Source: a virus. From it: DNA of 64,000 bases. Positions within the stretch are counted from its first letter, which is position 1; every line of letters begins with the position of its first letter. Below are positions 31,906 to 41,793 of this stretch, piece by piece. Below the pieces are notes generated by a model. The model made no database searches, was not told the origin of the DNA, and was given only the letters and a program-made list of their open reading frames with translations. The stretch lies in the IMG/VR virus record IMGVR_UViG_3300042534_000747; one strand, 5' to 3'. A program made the position numbers and the translations under genes.

Positions 31906-32058
31906 CAATACAGTTAATGTACTTAATACTATATAAAGTTATGTATTGAATGGAATTGTGAAATTGCATAGTATTAAATATTATTAGTACATATAACAAA
32001 TATCATAATTATTCTATTTTTCAGTTAAATTTAAATAATATTAGTTACATCATTTGAC

Positions 32059-32310
32059 TTGTTAAATTCAGGTTGTGATTTAATTAATAAAACGTTATTT
32101 ATTGTGACAATACCAGTGGGAACAATTGTTTATTCAACAGACCCTAAAAACGAAATATGTAAAGCTAAAAGAACAACTAGGCTAAACATTAGAGAATTTG
32201 AAAAAAATGAAGGTATTTTAAAGTGGAGAGGTTCACAAAAATACTATCGTTGGACAAAAATTACTGAAAATATAATTAATTTTAATCCTGTTTTAAAAAA
32301 TTATATTTGA
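32059..32310 (+). CDS. hypothetical protein, paralog of 21112..21426
   Basis: Same shared motifs as 21112..21426. Confidence 0.6.
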   Translation: MLNSGCDLINKTLFIVTIPVGTIVYSTDPKNEICKAKRTTRLNIREFEKNEGILKWRGSQKYYRWTKITENIINFNPVLKNYI

Positions 32311-32747
32311 ATGATTTCTTCAGGTATCATTCCATGATACTTTTTTCCTTTTAACATTTCTGCTCTTTTTTCATCAAATGTTGTAAATGGTATTTCAATA
32401 TCCTTTCTCATTAGTAAATTACAAAATTCTTCATCACATGATTCAGGATACACTCTTTTATTAGGCACAGAATGATATTTATTAAATAATTCTTTAAAAC
32501 TACATTGTTCAGTTTTTGGAATTACTGATATTTCATTGATTATGTAATCTTCTTTCATGTAAGTGCTATATTTATAATAGCAAGAATACATTTTTCCATT
32601 ATAAATGAATGCATGGAAAGTATCTCTATCACAATTATACCCATAAATCAATGTCCTATTTGATTTATCTAATAATTCATCAATTGAAATTGAACTATTA
32701 GTTTTTTCTTCATATATTTTTGAAAATGATTCTTTTGTAAGAAACAT
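32301..32747 (-). CDS. conserved phage-type hypothetical protein
   Basis: RTLIYGYNCDRDTFH...PNKRVYPESCDEEFC; start set at ATG 32747 after the SD. Confidence 0.65.
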   Translation of the reverse strand: MFLTKESFSKIYEEKTNSSISIDELLDKSNRTLIYGYNCDRDTFHAFIYNGKMYSCYYKYSTYMKEDYIINEISVIPKTEQCSFKELFNKYHSVPNKRVYPESCDEEFCNLLMRKDIEIPFTTFDEKRAEMLKGKKYHGMIPEEIIQI

Positions 32748-32871
32748 ATATTTCACCTACAAGCTGATAGTAGGGTGTTATTATATTTAAATGTTTGTTA
32801 AATTATGATATGTTAAATTTTAAATATGTTTAAATACTATGATGGTTATAGTTTGTATTTGTAGGTGAAAA

Positions 32872-33849
32872 ATGTTTGAATATACTAATATTTTAAAAAA
32901 TCACTTAAAAAGTATAACTACTAATTTAGAGCCATATATCTCTTCAATTTTATTTTCAGGAATGTTGCAGGAAATGAATAAAATTGATAATGATGTTATT
33001 AAGGTTAGTAATACTCAACCTGATAATATTAATCAACATTATATGTTAATGAAAATGAATTCTATGGGAAATGGTGACAAATCTGATAAATTGATTAATG
33101 ATGAAATTAGATTGAATAAGACTTTTTTCTTGAAAACAATAAACACTTCTGCTTTTATAGGTGAAATTATTTCATTTGATAAATTACTAGATAATGTAAT
33201 CAATGATACACTAAATAAAACAAATATTGATGATTTTAGAATGCCTTATAAATCATTATTTATAAATAAGGTTTTTAAAATTGGCAAATATAATGTATTT
33301 GGTGTTGCAGTTAATGAATTGGATGAAAAAACTGTATTTGCAAGTGCTTTTATTATGGATGAAAAATATGAAGATTTTGATACAGTAATGGGTAATTTAT
33401 TGTATGAAAAGAAAATAGATGATAATTTTTATCATAATTATAGTGAAGTTAATGAAAAAATCAATGTTGAAAAAGAAAATATTATAATGGAATTAAGGAA
33501 TTACATTTTGAATTGTATCCACTTGCTGAACAACCCTGAACCTGATATTGTAAAAGTCTCAGGAATCGCTTCTAAGAAGAAAAGACGTGTTAAGGGTGGT
33601 AAGACTAGGGATGTAAGCAAGTTGGAACGTTCTGTGACAACTGTGAAGGTCACTGGTGAGCTACGAAGGTATGTAAGCAAATACAATAGCATTAGGAATA
33701 AAAGAGATTTTCAAAAATCATTTATTGTTAGAGGTCATTGGAGACATTTATCAAATAAAAGATTCAAAGAAGAAAAGTCTATATGGATAAAACCATATAT
33801 AAAAGGAAGTGAAGGTGAATTAATTCATAAATTTATAAATGTTAAATGA
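32872..33849 (+). CDS. hypothetical protein with C-terminal VRGHWR...IWIKPYIKG motif
   Basis: Motif recurrent in phage proteins; SD gtaggtga. Confidence 0.7.
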   Translation: MFEYTNILKNHLKSITTNLEPYISSILFSGMLQEMNKIDNDVIKVSNTQPDNINQHYMLMKMNSMGNGDKSDKLINDEIRLNKTFFLKTINTSAFIGEIISFDKLLDNVINDTLNKTNIDDFRMPYKSLFINKVFKIGKYNVFGVAVNELDEKTVFASAFIMDEKYEDFDTVMGNLLYEKKIDDNFYHNYSEVNEKINVEKENIIMELRNYILNCIHLLNNPEPDIVKVSGIASKKKRRVKGGKTRDVSKLERSVTTVKVTGELRRYVSKYNSIRNKRDFQKSFIVRGHWRHLSNKRFKEEKSIWIKPYIKGSEGELIHKFINVK

Positions 33850-33857
33850 AAAAAGGT

Positions 33858-34202
33858 TTAGAATTTTACACTCCAAACCTTTCCTTCCCATTCTCTTATT
33901 GCTTTCTTCTTTTCAAATTCTATTTTTCTATGAACTTTTTGTAGTCTATAACCACATTTATCAATGAAATCAAGTATTAAATCTTTTTCATATGGCGATA
34001 TCAATTCACCAATTTCAAATTTTACAATACCATCATTGCAAAATCCGTTCAAAACAAGTAAATTATATTCTTTAAAGCATGATGGTGCATTAGATATATA
34101 TTCATCAGGTAAATTGAATTGATTCATCATTTTGACATTTGTAATTTCATACCATTTTCCACTATTTACTATTTTATTTTTGAATACTATTTTCATTACC
34201 AT
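33858..34202 (-). CDS. hypothetical protein
   Basis: 114-aa ORF. Confidence 0.6.
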   Translation of the reverse strand: MVMKIVFKNKIVNSGKWYEITNVKMMNQFNLPDEYISNAPSCFKEYNLLVLNGFCNDGIVKFEIGELISPYEKDLILDFIDKCGYRLQKVHRKIEFEKKKAIREWEGKVWSVKF

Positions 34203-34251
34203 TTTATATCAATCCTGTAATGTAACTAATGGTTGTTCTCATATAAAAGAA

Positions 34252-34905
34252 TTATGCAAAAACAGAACTCAATCTTTTATTTATACGTTTTTGCCTATAA
34301 TCTGTATCATAACATGTTTTGCACATTTGTTTAGCTGCATGTGGCTTTTCTTCATTACATATTATGCAAGTGATTATTTTGTTATTGTAATATTTTTGAT
34401 AGCAAGATGAACACATTTGTTTAGCTGCATGTAGTTTTTCTTTATTGCATATAGAGCATGTTATAATCATTTGTTTACTTTTATTATAACATGTCTTGCA
34501 CATACCTTCTTTGTAAACAGACATAAATACATTAGAACATTTTTTACAATATTTTGATTTTTTATATATAATTACTTGTTTTTCAACTATGATGCTTAAA
34601 TCATCTTCATCTCTAATCACATATTCTTTTTCAATTAAAAATTCTTTAATTTCTGCAAGTAATTTAATACCATTTAATTTGTTAGATTCATAATCAGAAT
34701 CTTTTTTTAATTGATAAGTTATTTTGATTTCTTTTAGTGTTTTAAAACTTTTTGTTCTATTCTTTAAAATTGAAAAACCATTAGGTGTATATTCTTTAAA
34801 ATCTGTTTCTTCATTATACTGTTTTTTAGAAATTGGAAACTTCTTAATTAATAAAGCTCTAATACTTTGAACAGTTGTCGTTTTTTCTATTATCATGAAG
34901 TGCAA
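34252..34905 (-). CDS. protein with tandem C-terminal Zn-finger repeats
   Basis: IITC.IC..EK.HAAKQMC..CY twice; DNA period 90 bp (34322 and 34412). Confidence 0.7.
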   Translation of the reverse strand: MHFMIIEKTTTVQSIRALLIKKFPISKKQYNEETDFKEYTPNGFSILKNRTKSFKTLKEIKITYQLKKDSDYESNKLNGIKLLAEIKEFLIEKEYVIRDEDDLSIIVEKQVIIYKKSKYCKKCSNVFMSVYKEGMCKTCYNKSKQMIITCSICNKEKLHAAKQMCSSCYQKYYNNKIITCIICNEEKPHAAKQMCKTCYDTDYRQKRINKRLSSVFA

Positions 34906-34985
34906 TGAATGGTTCTCATTGTATTTAAAATGATAGTATGATTTGTAATTAATAAGTTTAAAAAAGAGATATTTTTAAATAATAC

Positions 34986-35591
34986 TTAGATAGAATATTT
35001 ATCTAAATTATTATCTATTTCATTAATTTTTTCTAAAATTCTTTCATGGAATTCTCTTTCTTCAGGAATCCTTTTGTCAATTTGGTCAAGTATTTTGTCA
35101 ATTTGCTCAATTGAATCTGAAATTATCCATGAAATTACTTTACCACATGCATTTTTTCTATCTGTTTTTAAATCATCATTTGAGCTATTGTTTAATTTTA
35201 TATTGAATAGAGCAATTGAATCTTTAATAATTTCATCATATTTGAAAGTTGAAATGAATGAATAAATACCATTATTTAAAACATTGGTTACTTTATTTTT
35301 TCTGTTTATGTGAAATTTGACTTCTTTTGTAATTATAATGTTGAAATCAATGTTCCTGTAATTAAATTCAATATCTGAAACTTCAATTATAGCAGTATAA
35401 TTACATGCTTTTTTAGTTAATCCTGTATTTTCAGCATTGAGTACTAAGAATGGAATAGTTGAATCTTTATTTTCAAACCTATCAATGATTTTTCTATTGA
35501 TAACTACATCAGGCATTATTTTTACTTGCAAATAATCCCCTATTTTTTGATAATTAAAAGTATGTGGATTTTCTATAATAATTTTTTCCAT
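34986..35591 (-). CDS. hypothetical protein
   Basis: 201-aa ORF. Confidence 0.6.
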   Translation of the reverse strand: MEKIIIENPHTFNYQKIGDYLQVKIMPDVVINRKIIDRFENKDSTIPFLVLNAENTGLTKKACNYTAIIEVSDIEFNYRNIDFNIIITKEVKFHINRKNKVTNVLNNGIYSFISTFKYDEIIKDSIALFNIKLNNSSNDDLKTDRKNACGKVISWIISDSIEQIDKILDQIDKRIPEEREFHERILEKINEIDNNLDKYSI

Positions 35592-35717
35592 GTTCTCACA
35601 TCTAATGTAATAGATGTACGTTATGTTATTTAAGGTTATTTTTATTTAACAAATTTGATAAAGCATATTTTTAGATATATTTATATATGATTAATACAAT
35701 GTATTATTTAGATTATT

Positions 35718-36020
35718 ATGGCTTATGAAAAGAAACCTTATCAGGACTATAAAGTTGGAGATAGAGTAAAGCTTAGGCATATTGAATATGAAGTTGCTTT
35801 GAAGGTTACTAGGTCACGTTTTAGTCCTAGTGCAAATAAAACCTTCAAGAGCAAATTGCTTTACCTGAGAGCTTTAAATGCAGGTGAAAATAGAGTTGCT
35901 CGTTTGAGTACTACTAATTCTATTAGTTTTGAATGGAAAAATGGAAGTTGGTATAACAATCAAAGAGTTTATGAAACATGGAGTGAAAAAGATATTGAAA
36001 GAATATTAAATAAGGAATGA
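35718..36020 (+). CDS. hypothetical basic protein
   Basis: 100-aa ORF. Confidence 0.65.
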   Translation: MAYEKKPYQDYKVGDRVKLRHIEYEVALKVTRSRFSPSANKTFKSKLLYLRALNAGENRVARLSTTNSISFEWKNGSWYNNQRVYETWSEKDIERILNKE

Positions 36021-36383
36021 TTAAAACCCAAAATAAACATGATATTTATAATATCCACTTTTATCAATTCTCTTTTTTGGGATTATTTTATTTTCTATTA
36101 AATAATCCATTTCTTTTTTATTAATACCAAATACTAGATTTGAAGTTTCTAAATATGTATCATAATATTTTGTTAAGCTAAATGAAAAAACAATACCAAA
36201 TATTGTCATAAATGTATATATTAATTGTTTATCTTCAATAAGTAATAAACTTATAATACTTAACATAATAAGAAATATACTTCTTAAAAACAAACGTAAA
36301 TACATAACTTCTTTATTATAATTTTTTATTAATTTAAATTGCATTTCATTTAAATGTATTATTTTATCTTCTGTTTCATTCAT
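36021..36383 (-). CDS. membrane protein (2 TM)
   Basis: Two hydrophobic segments. Confidence 0.6.
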   Translation of the reverse strand: MNETEDKIIHLNEMQFKLIKNYNKEVMYLRLFLRSIFLIMLSIISLLLIEDKQLIYTFMTIFGIVFSFSLTKYYDTYLETSNLVFGINKKEMDYLIENKIIPKKRIDKSGYYKYHVYFGF

Positions 36384-36426
36384 TATTTGAAATCTCCAAA
36401 AAAAAGAAAATAATATTTATTAAATA

Positions 36427-36894
36427 TTACTTTTTTGTTTTAATTTTACTTGCTAAATCAGGTGATAAATCACCAAATCCTTCAAATGATTCATATGGCA
36501 TATAACAATAGTATCTAGTGTATTTTATTTGAACATCTGAACTAAGTCTATTGATAGATTGACCATAACTATAAACCTTGTCTGTTTTAGGGTCTACGAA
36601 AACGGTTTGTCCTTCATTTACTTTATAGTAAAGGAAATAATAACCTACCTTTGCCTGTGGATTATAGAATTTAACCATACCCATTTTCATATCTTCATTA
36701 TTTGCATCTATCATCATTCTACGTGCTAATGTTGAAGATAAAGTTCCTTCCTCATGATTCCAATTAACATCATTTGATTTTAGGAATTTATTCAACTGTT
36801 CCATCTTTGCATTATCTGTATTTACAGCACTACCTAAGCCTGTAAATAACATTATACTTACAATCAAAGCCACGATTATTATTTTAGTTTTCAT
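36427..36894 (-). CDS. secreted protein, possibly an inactive transglutaminase-like fold
   Basis: Signal peptide; L.KFL..ND...VFVDPKTD layout, with no catalytic Cys or His visible. Confidence 0.45.
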   Translation of the reverse strand: MKTKIIIVALIVSIMLFTGLGSAVNTDNAKMEQLNKFLKSNDVNWNHEEGTLSSTLARRMMIDANNEDMKMGMVKFYNPQAKVGYYFLYYKVNEGQTVFVDPKTDKVYSYGQSINRLSSDVQIKYTRYYCYMPYESFEGFGDLSPDLASKIKTKK

Positions 36895-38164
36895 TTACAT
36901 TACTCTTCAAATTTTCTTTTTTTGATTTTTTATTATAATTACTATCCATTGTGACTATTTTTTCATTTTTACTTCTAGTCATCCACCCACTATGATACAT
37001 GGTAAAAAATCCATATATTCTAATGGGAGTCATGATAAATGTCATGAATAGTATATATAAAGGCAAATATTTTATATCTCTTTTATTATATAAAAGATGT
37101 GGATATTGTCTTAAACCTAAACTTATATTCATACCTACTAAACCCATAGGGATACCAATTATCAATGGTATATTGAAGTATGATTGACTAAATATGTAGT
37201 CATATAGTGTATTTAAGATAACAACTGCAAAGAATAATGGTGTTATCATATCAGTTAAGAATACAAACATTGTAAAGGGTCTTTTCCAAATCCAATTCAA
37301 TGATAGTATTGTCTCTCTTTGACTGCTTCTAGCCCATCTTAATTGCTGTTTTATGAATTTATTCCACTTAGAAGGACAATCAGTATAAACAACTGAAGAT
37401 GTTTGTAGTACTGTATCATATCCCATTTTTAAAGCATATGAAGTTAGTACTCTATCATCACCAGATTCACATTTAAACCCTAAGAATGTTTGAGTTAAGA
37501 AATGGTCTGTATTTTTTGTAAATACATCTTTTCTAAATGCAATAGCTCTACCTACTAAACATCCAATAGACCCCCATGCACTTTGTGCAGGCATTGTTAA
37601 TGTAAATCTAACATCTTCCATCCATTGACAGAACTTAGATATTAAATTTCTATCAGGATAGATAATATGCTGACGTGTTAGAACACCACCAACTTTAGAA
37701 TTTTCAAAAGGCATCATCATATTTTTAATTGCATTTTCAGTAAAGATAGTGTCACTATCAACTGAAATTATAACATCACCAATTGATTTTTCAACACCAT
37801 AAATAAGATTACTACGCTTTCCTGCTTTATCACAGTTGTAAACCTTATCAGTGTATTTACTTGCAATATCAAATAAAATATTACCTTCTTGTTTAACATC
37901 TATAACTACAATAATTTCATCTGGATTATTAGATTTAATTGAATTTAACGATTGTTCAAATATATCAATATCTTCATTATAAACAGGTATTATTACACTA
38001 TTTGTAATTTTAAAATTTTCATCTTTCAAAGTATATTGAGTATATTTTTTAGAATAATAGTATTTTATAAAAAATACCATTAAAACATAAATCGAAAAAA
38101 CTTCAAACAGAAAAACATGTCCTGTTTTTAAAGTTTCAATTAATTGTATTATAAAGTATATCAT
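36884..38164 (-). CDS. processive GT2 glycosyltransferase, hyaluronan synthase/NodC-like
   Basis: IIPVYNED, GKR, DSD, GCLVGRAIAFR, SGDDRVLT, QQLRW; N- and C-terminal TM helices. Confidence 0.85.
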   Translation of the reverse strand: MIYFIIQLIETLKTGHVFLFEVFSIYVLMVFFIKYYYSKKYTQYTLKDENFKITNSVIIPVYNEDIDIFEQSLNSIKSNNPDEIIVVIDVKQEGNILFDIASKYTDKVYNCDKAGKRSNLIYGVEKSIGDVIISVDSDTIFTENAIKNMMMPFENSKVGGVLTRQHIIYPDRNLISKFCQWMEDVRFTLTMPAQSAWGSIGCLVGRAIAFRKDVFTKNTDHFLTQTFLGFKCESGDDRVLTSYALKMGYDTVLQTSSVVYTDCPSKWNKFIKQQLRWARSSQRETILSLNWIWKRPFTMFVFLTDMITPLFFAVVILNTLYDYIFSQSYFNIPLIIGIPMGLVGMNISLGLRQYPHLLYNKRDIKYLPLYILFMTFIMTPIRIYGFFTMYHSGWMTRSKNEKIVTMDSNYNKKSKKENLKSNVNEN

Positions 38165-38356
38165 AATTTGTTTCCTTTGTTTCTTTTATTTTTTCACATT
38201 ATCAATAAATATCAATATGTGCAATTTGGCACATGTCACTACATGGCATTCATGGTATATAAATGTATTTGAAAATTTAAAATTATAATGTAGAGATTTG
38301 AGATATCTTTATATAATTGGCAGTTTATAAAATAGGTTAATTGGAATGTGATTTAA

Positions 38357-38665
38357 ATGGAAGAGTTTAAAATTCAAGTTGAGCAGACAATGTTTAAGGG
38401 CAATTGTCCTGAATGTAAGAAAGAAGAAATTGATAAATATCCTTTCAATGTAGATATATTATGCAATGATTGTGCTGTAAAAGATTATGAAAAAAGAAAA
38501 AATAAAGAAAGAATTGAAAATGAAAAATTATCAAAGAATATTTATAATGGAAAAATAACAAATATTAGCTTTGTTGATTCTAAACTTAATGATTTATTTA
38601 TTAAGGGTGAAGATGGCACTTGTTATAAAGTGGATGTTTATAGATTTGGAATTAAAATTATTTAA
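38357..38665 (+). CDS. Zn-finger hypothetical protein
   Basis: CPEC...CNDC. Confidence 0.6.
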   Translation: MEEFKIQVEQTMFKGNCPECKKEEIDKYPFNVDILCNDCAVKDYEKRKNKERIENEKLSKNIYNGKITNISFVDSKLNDLFIKGEDGTCYKVDVYRFGIKII

Positions 38666-39017
38666 ATAATTGGCAATTGCCAGTTATTTTGTCTATCTCT
38701 GCATCAATCATTGGGAAAAAGCCTATTGCAGTGGTTGTATTTGGCTCTAATTCTGTCCTTCCTGCATCTTTTACAATGAAGTAAGGTATTCCTGCATCTA
38801 TAGCTCTTTTTTCCATCTTAGTGATTGTTTTGAGTGTTCCTGAAAGGACTACCTTCTTTTGTTGTAATCCTTCATCAAACCATTTTTCAATTTCTTCTTT
38901 TCTATCAAGATTGTTATAAATCACGCTAAATGATGCATGTGCCACTTGCACGGAAAGTTTAGCAGGTGACATATTTAAATCATTTCTTGCAATTATTACT
39001 TGTTTCATTTCCCACAT
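38658..39017 (-). CDS. pth2: peptidyl-tRNA hydrolase type 2
   Basis: KQVIIARNDLNMSPAKLSVQVAHAS; QKKVVL; DAGRTELEPNTTTAIG. Confidence 0.93.
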   Translation of the reverse strand: MWEMKQVIIARNDLNMSPAKLSVQVAHASFSVIYNNLDRKEEIEKWFDEGLQQKKVVLSGTLKTITKMEKRAIDAGIPYFIVKDAGRTELEPNTTTAIGFFPMIDAEIDKITGNCQLFK

Positions 39018-39019
39018 GG

Positions 39020-39628
39020 TTAATCACTTTTTGATACATTTATAAAATTCCATTTTAATCCTTCTATATTTAATGTAGTTTCATTTAAATCTATATTTGA
39101 AGGCACTACAAACATAATCCATCCTTCTTTTACTGTATTTGGATATTGTTCGCCATAATCTCTAAATTGTGGATTATATTTAGATGCAGATGCATAAAAT
39201 TGATACACTGGACTAGATGGTGAAACACTTGGCTCTATTTCTATTTTATTACCCTTGTATAAAATATATGGTGTATCACTTCCACTTTTTGTCATTAATG
39301 TATATGAATTTGTTATGATAGTATCATCAGAAGATTTATAGTCTCCAATATATTTTGCTGTAATATGTATCATTAGTAATTTAGAATTTTCTGTTGGATA
39401 AAATGTTTCATAATTGTCTTTCTTTAATTTGCCTAATAAATACCATTCATTCCATGTATTAAACTCATTAATTGTTTCATATTTATCAAATGATATTTGC
39501 ATATCATTATTTGAAATACCTGTTTCACCAACATTTAATGATGATGTTTGAACATCAATACATCCTAAAGATAATAATGTAATTAAACATATTATTAATA
39601 TTTTTTTCATTGTTTCCATTTTAATCAA
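39020..39628 (-). CDS. DUF4352-like lipoprotein
   Basis: Lipobox LSLGC; YPNTVKEGWIMFVVP. Confidence 0.65.
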   Translation of the reverse strand: MIKMETMKKILIICLITLLSLGCIDVQTSSLNVGETGISNNDMQISFDKYETINEFNTWNEWYLLGKLKKDNYETFYPTENSKLLMIHITAKYIGDYKSSDDTIITNSYTLMTKSGSDTPYILYKGNKIEIEPSVSPSSPVYQFYASASKYNPQFRDYGEQYPNTVKEGWIMFVVPSNIDLNETTLNIEGLKWNFINVSKSD

Positions 39629-40110
39629 TTCTCCATTTTTAAATTTATAAATAAATATCTAAGGATTATCCATAATACATTACATATTAATAATATATTA
39701 AAACTGGTTAATATTTTAAGCTGAGTTATATCAAAATTAATTCCAATTAATATTTGAATATATATAATAATAGTAGATAATATAAAAATATAATCTATCA
39801 ATTTAAATTTTATGTTATTGAATCCAATAAAATATATATATATACTTTTAAATTCAATTTCATTATTTATTAATTGTAATTTTATAGAAGTTAAATTTAT
39901 AGAATAAAATATTATTATATTAAAAATAATTGTACTTATTCCTGCTGATAATAAATAACTATTTTGAAAAACAATATTATCATCTGTTATAAGTGTAATA
40001 GAATAAAATCCTACAGATGTTATGAAAAATATTTGAAATATGGATATATAAAATAATTGTATTATACGTGTTTTATTAAATTCTTTAATTAATTCTTTGT
40101 TTTTATCCAT
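39625..40110 (-). CDS. membrane protein (about 4 TM)
   Basis: Hydrophobic throughout. Confidence 0.6.
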   Translation of the reverse strand: MDKNKELIKEFNKTRIIQLFYISIFQIFFITSVGFYSITLITDDNIVFQNSYLLSAGISTIIFNIIIFYSINLTSIKLQLINNEIEFKSIYIYFIGFNNIKFKLIDYIFILSTIIIYIQILIGINFDITQLKILTSFNILLICNVLWIILRYLFINLKMEN

Positions 40111-40120
40111 ATTTCAACCT

Positions 40121-40345
40121 TTATTGTAGTAGGTAGTTAGGGTATTCTTCCCATTTGATTTTTGCATGGTAGTCAAAATTTTTCATTGCTATGTTCAAGT
40201 AGTAACTTGTTTCTTTAATAGAGCCATCATCTAAAACCCATAGGTTGTTTATTCTGGATAGGGTGGGTTTTGCGATTATGCATGGTCTGTACTTGTTTTT
40301 GATGAATAAGCAATGAATTCTATAGTATATTGTGTAGATGTTCAT
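40121..40345 (-). CDS. hypothetical protein
   Basis: 74-aa ORF coupled to the upstream gene. Confidence 0.5.
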   Translation of the reverse strand: MNIYTIYYRIHCLFIKNKYRPCIIAKPTLSRINNLWVLDDGSIKETSYYLNIAMKNFDYHAKIKWEEYPNYLLQ

Positions 40346-41049
40346 GATTGTGTTGAGAGATTTTCTATGAATAGCAAGCCATCTTTGTTTATTGAAACTA
40401 ATTCTTTCAATTTCACTTTCTTTTCAGTTTTAATTGAGAGGATGTTTTTTATGATTGGGATTTCACTACATAATTTGACAAATATGTCACTTTCAAATGG
40501 AGTAGTTATGATGTGGTATCCATTTTTTGTTTCAACATATTTTTCTATTTTGAAATTTTTGTAATTAGGTAGATTTTCCATATGAGTTAGTGTTGTCAGG
40601 ATATCATTGATTATTGTTTTATCATCTACATCTATGAGGAAATGAACACCATCATCTTTATTTCTGCAATTATTTGATTCAAGGATTGAATACCACATTC
40701 CATGTATGTTGTTGAGCCTTCTGATTGTGCATTCATCATTATCAAGTTTAAATAGCATTTCTACTAATTCTTTGATGAAATTTTTAAGGGCAACCTTAGT
40801 ATGTCTTGGATTTACTGTTAGATACATATAATAATCATGATTAGTATCTTTAAGAGCATAACTTTTGAGAGAATCGTATGAAGGTTCGATATCTGTATCA
40901 TTTAGGAGCACAAAACGTCTTACTATTTCCTGAGAATGAGTAATATTAGTGTTGTTTTTCTTTCTAGAAATGATTGATAAAATGTAGCATTTATTTTTGC
41001 CAAATTTACACCAATCTTTTATTATGTTAATAGATAATTCTTTAGACAT
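40342..41049 (-). CDS. archaeo-eukaryotic primase (AEP/PrimPol)-like protein
   Basis: FLIDVDD (hhhDhD) followed by ETKNGYHII (TxxGxH). Confidence 0.5.
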   Translation of the reverse strand: MSKELSINIIKDWCKFGKNKCYILSIISRKKNNTNITHSQEIVRRFVLLNDTDIEPSYDSLKSYALKDTNHDYYMYLTVNPRHTKVALKNFIKELVEMLFKLDNDECTIRRLNNIHGMWYSILESNNCRNKDDGVHFLIDVDDKTIINDILTTLTHMENLPNYKNFKIEKYVETKNGYHIITTPFESDIFVKLCSEIPIIKNILSIKTEKKVKLKELVSINKDGLLFIENLSTQS

Positions 41050-41091
41050 AATATGATAAATGGATGTTATGTTATAAAAAGGTATGCAAAA

Positions 41092-41376
41092 TTAGGAATT
41101 ATATTGTTCAAAATCTTTAGGGTTATATTTGTATTTCTTTTCTCTATTTATGTAAAAGTATATTAAAAATGATAGAAGGCAAATTAATGGTATTAAAACT
41201 TGAATGTTTTCTATTCCAGATACATGTTGTTGTTGTGTACTGGAATTAATAATTAATTTGTAATATATGTTAGATATTTTAGTATTAATTGTTAAAAATA
41301 TAAGTTCATTATTTATTTTTACAAATACAAATGAAACTATTAAATTATAAAACAGTGGCAGGTTAGTTATTTTCAT
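41092..41376 (-). CDS. small membrane protein
   Basis: Two hydrophobic stretches. Confidence 0.5.
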   Translation of the reverse strand: MKITNLPLFYNLIVSFVFVKINNELIFLTINTKISNIYYKLIINSSTQQQHVSGIENIQVLIPLICLLSFLIYFYINREKKYKYNPKDFEQYNS

Positions 41377-41687
41377 ATTTTCATTTTTAATTTGATATCA
41401 AAAGTAATATATTAATATTAGTATATAAAGTTTTTGTGGTCATGTTTTGTCCATGTGATTGGAGTTTGTTATCAGATATGTTATCAATATAATTGTATAT
41501 TGTTAGTATAAAACAATATACAGTAGGCTTTATTCATAAGTATTATATACTTGTACATTCTATTACAGGTGTCTATAAATTTAAAAATATTATAGAGTAA
41601 CAATGTTTATAAAATGAGAAATGTAGACGTTTTTAGAATCAATGTTCATAAAATGAGAAAAATATGAACATGATTCTATAACTTTGG

Positions 41688-41728
41688 TTGATTTGTGTAT
41701 AATATGGGAAGTAGAATACACAAATCAA
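41688..41728. repeat. perfect 13-bp inverted repeat with 15-nt spacer
   Basis: TTGATTTGTGTAT (41688-41700) / ATACACAAATCAA (41716-41728). Confidence 0.9.
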
Positions 41729-41793
41729 TATATGTTAATATTGTTATTTAAGTTTTGTTATATTATTAGTATAATTGCACAGTTGTATATTTT

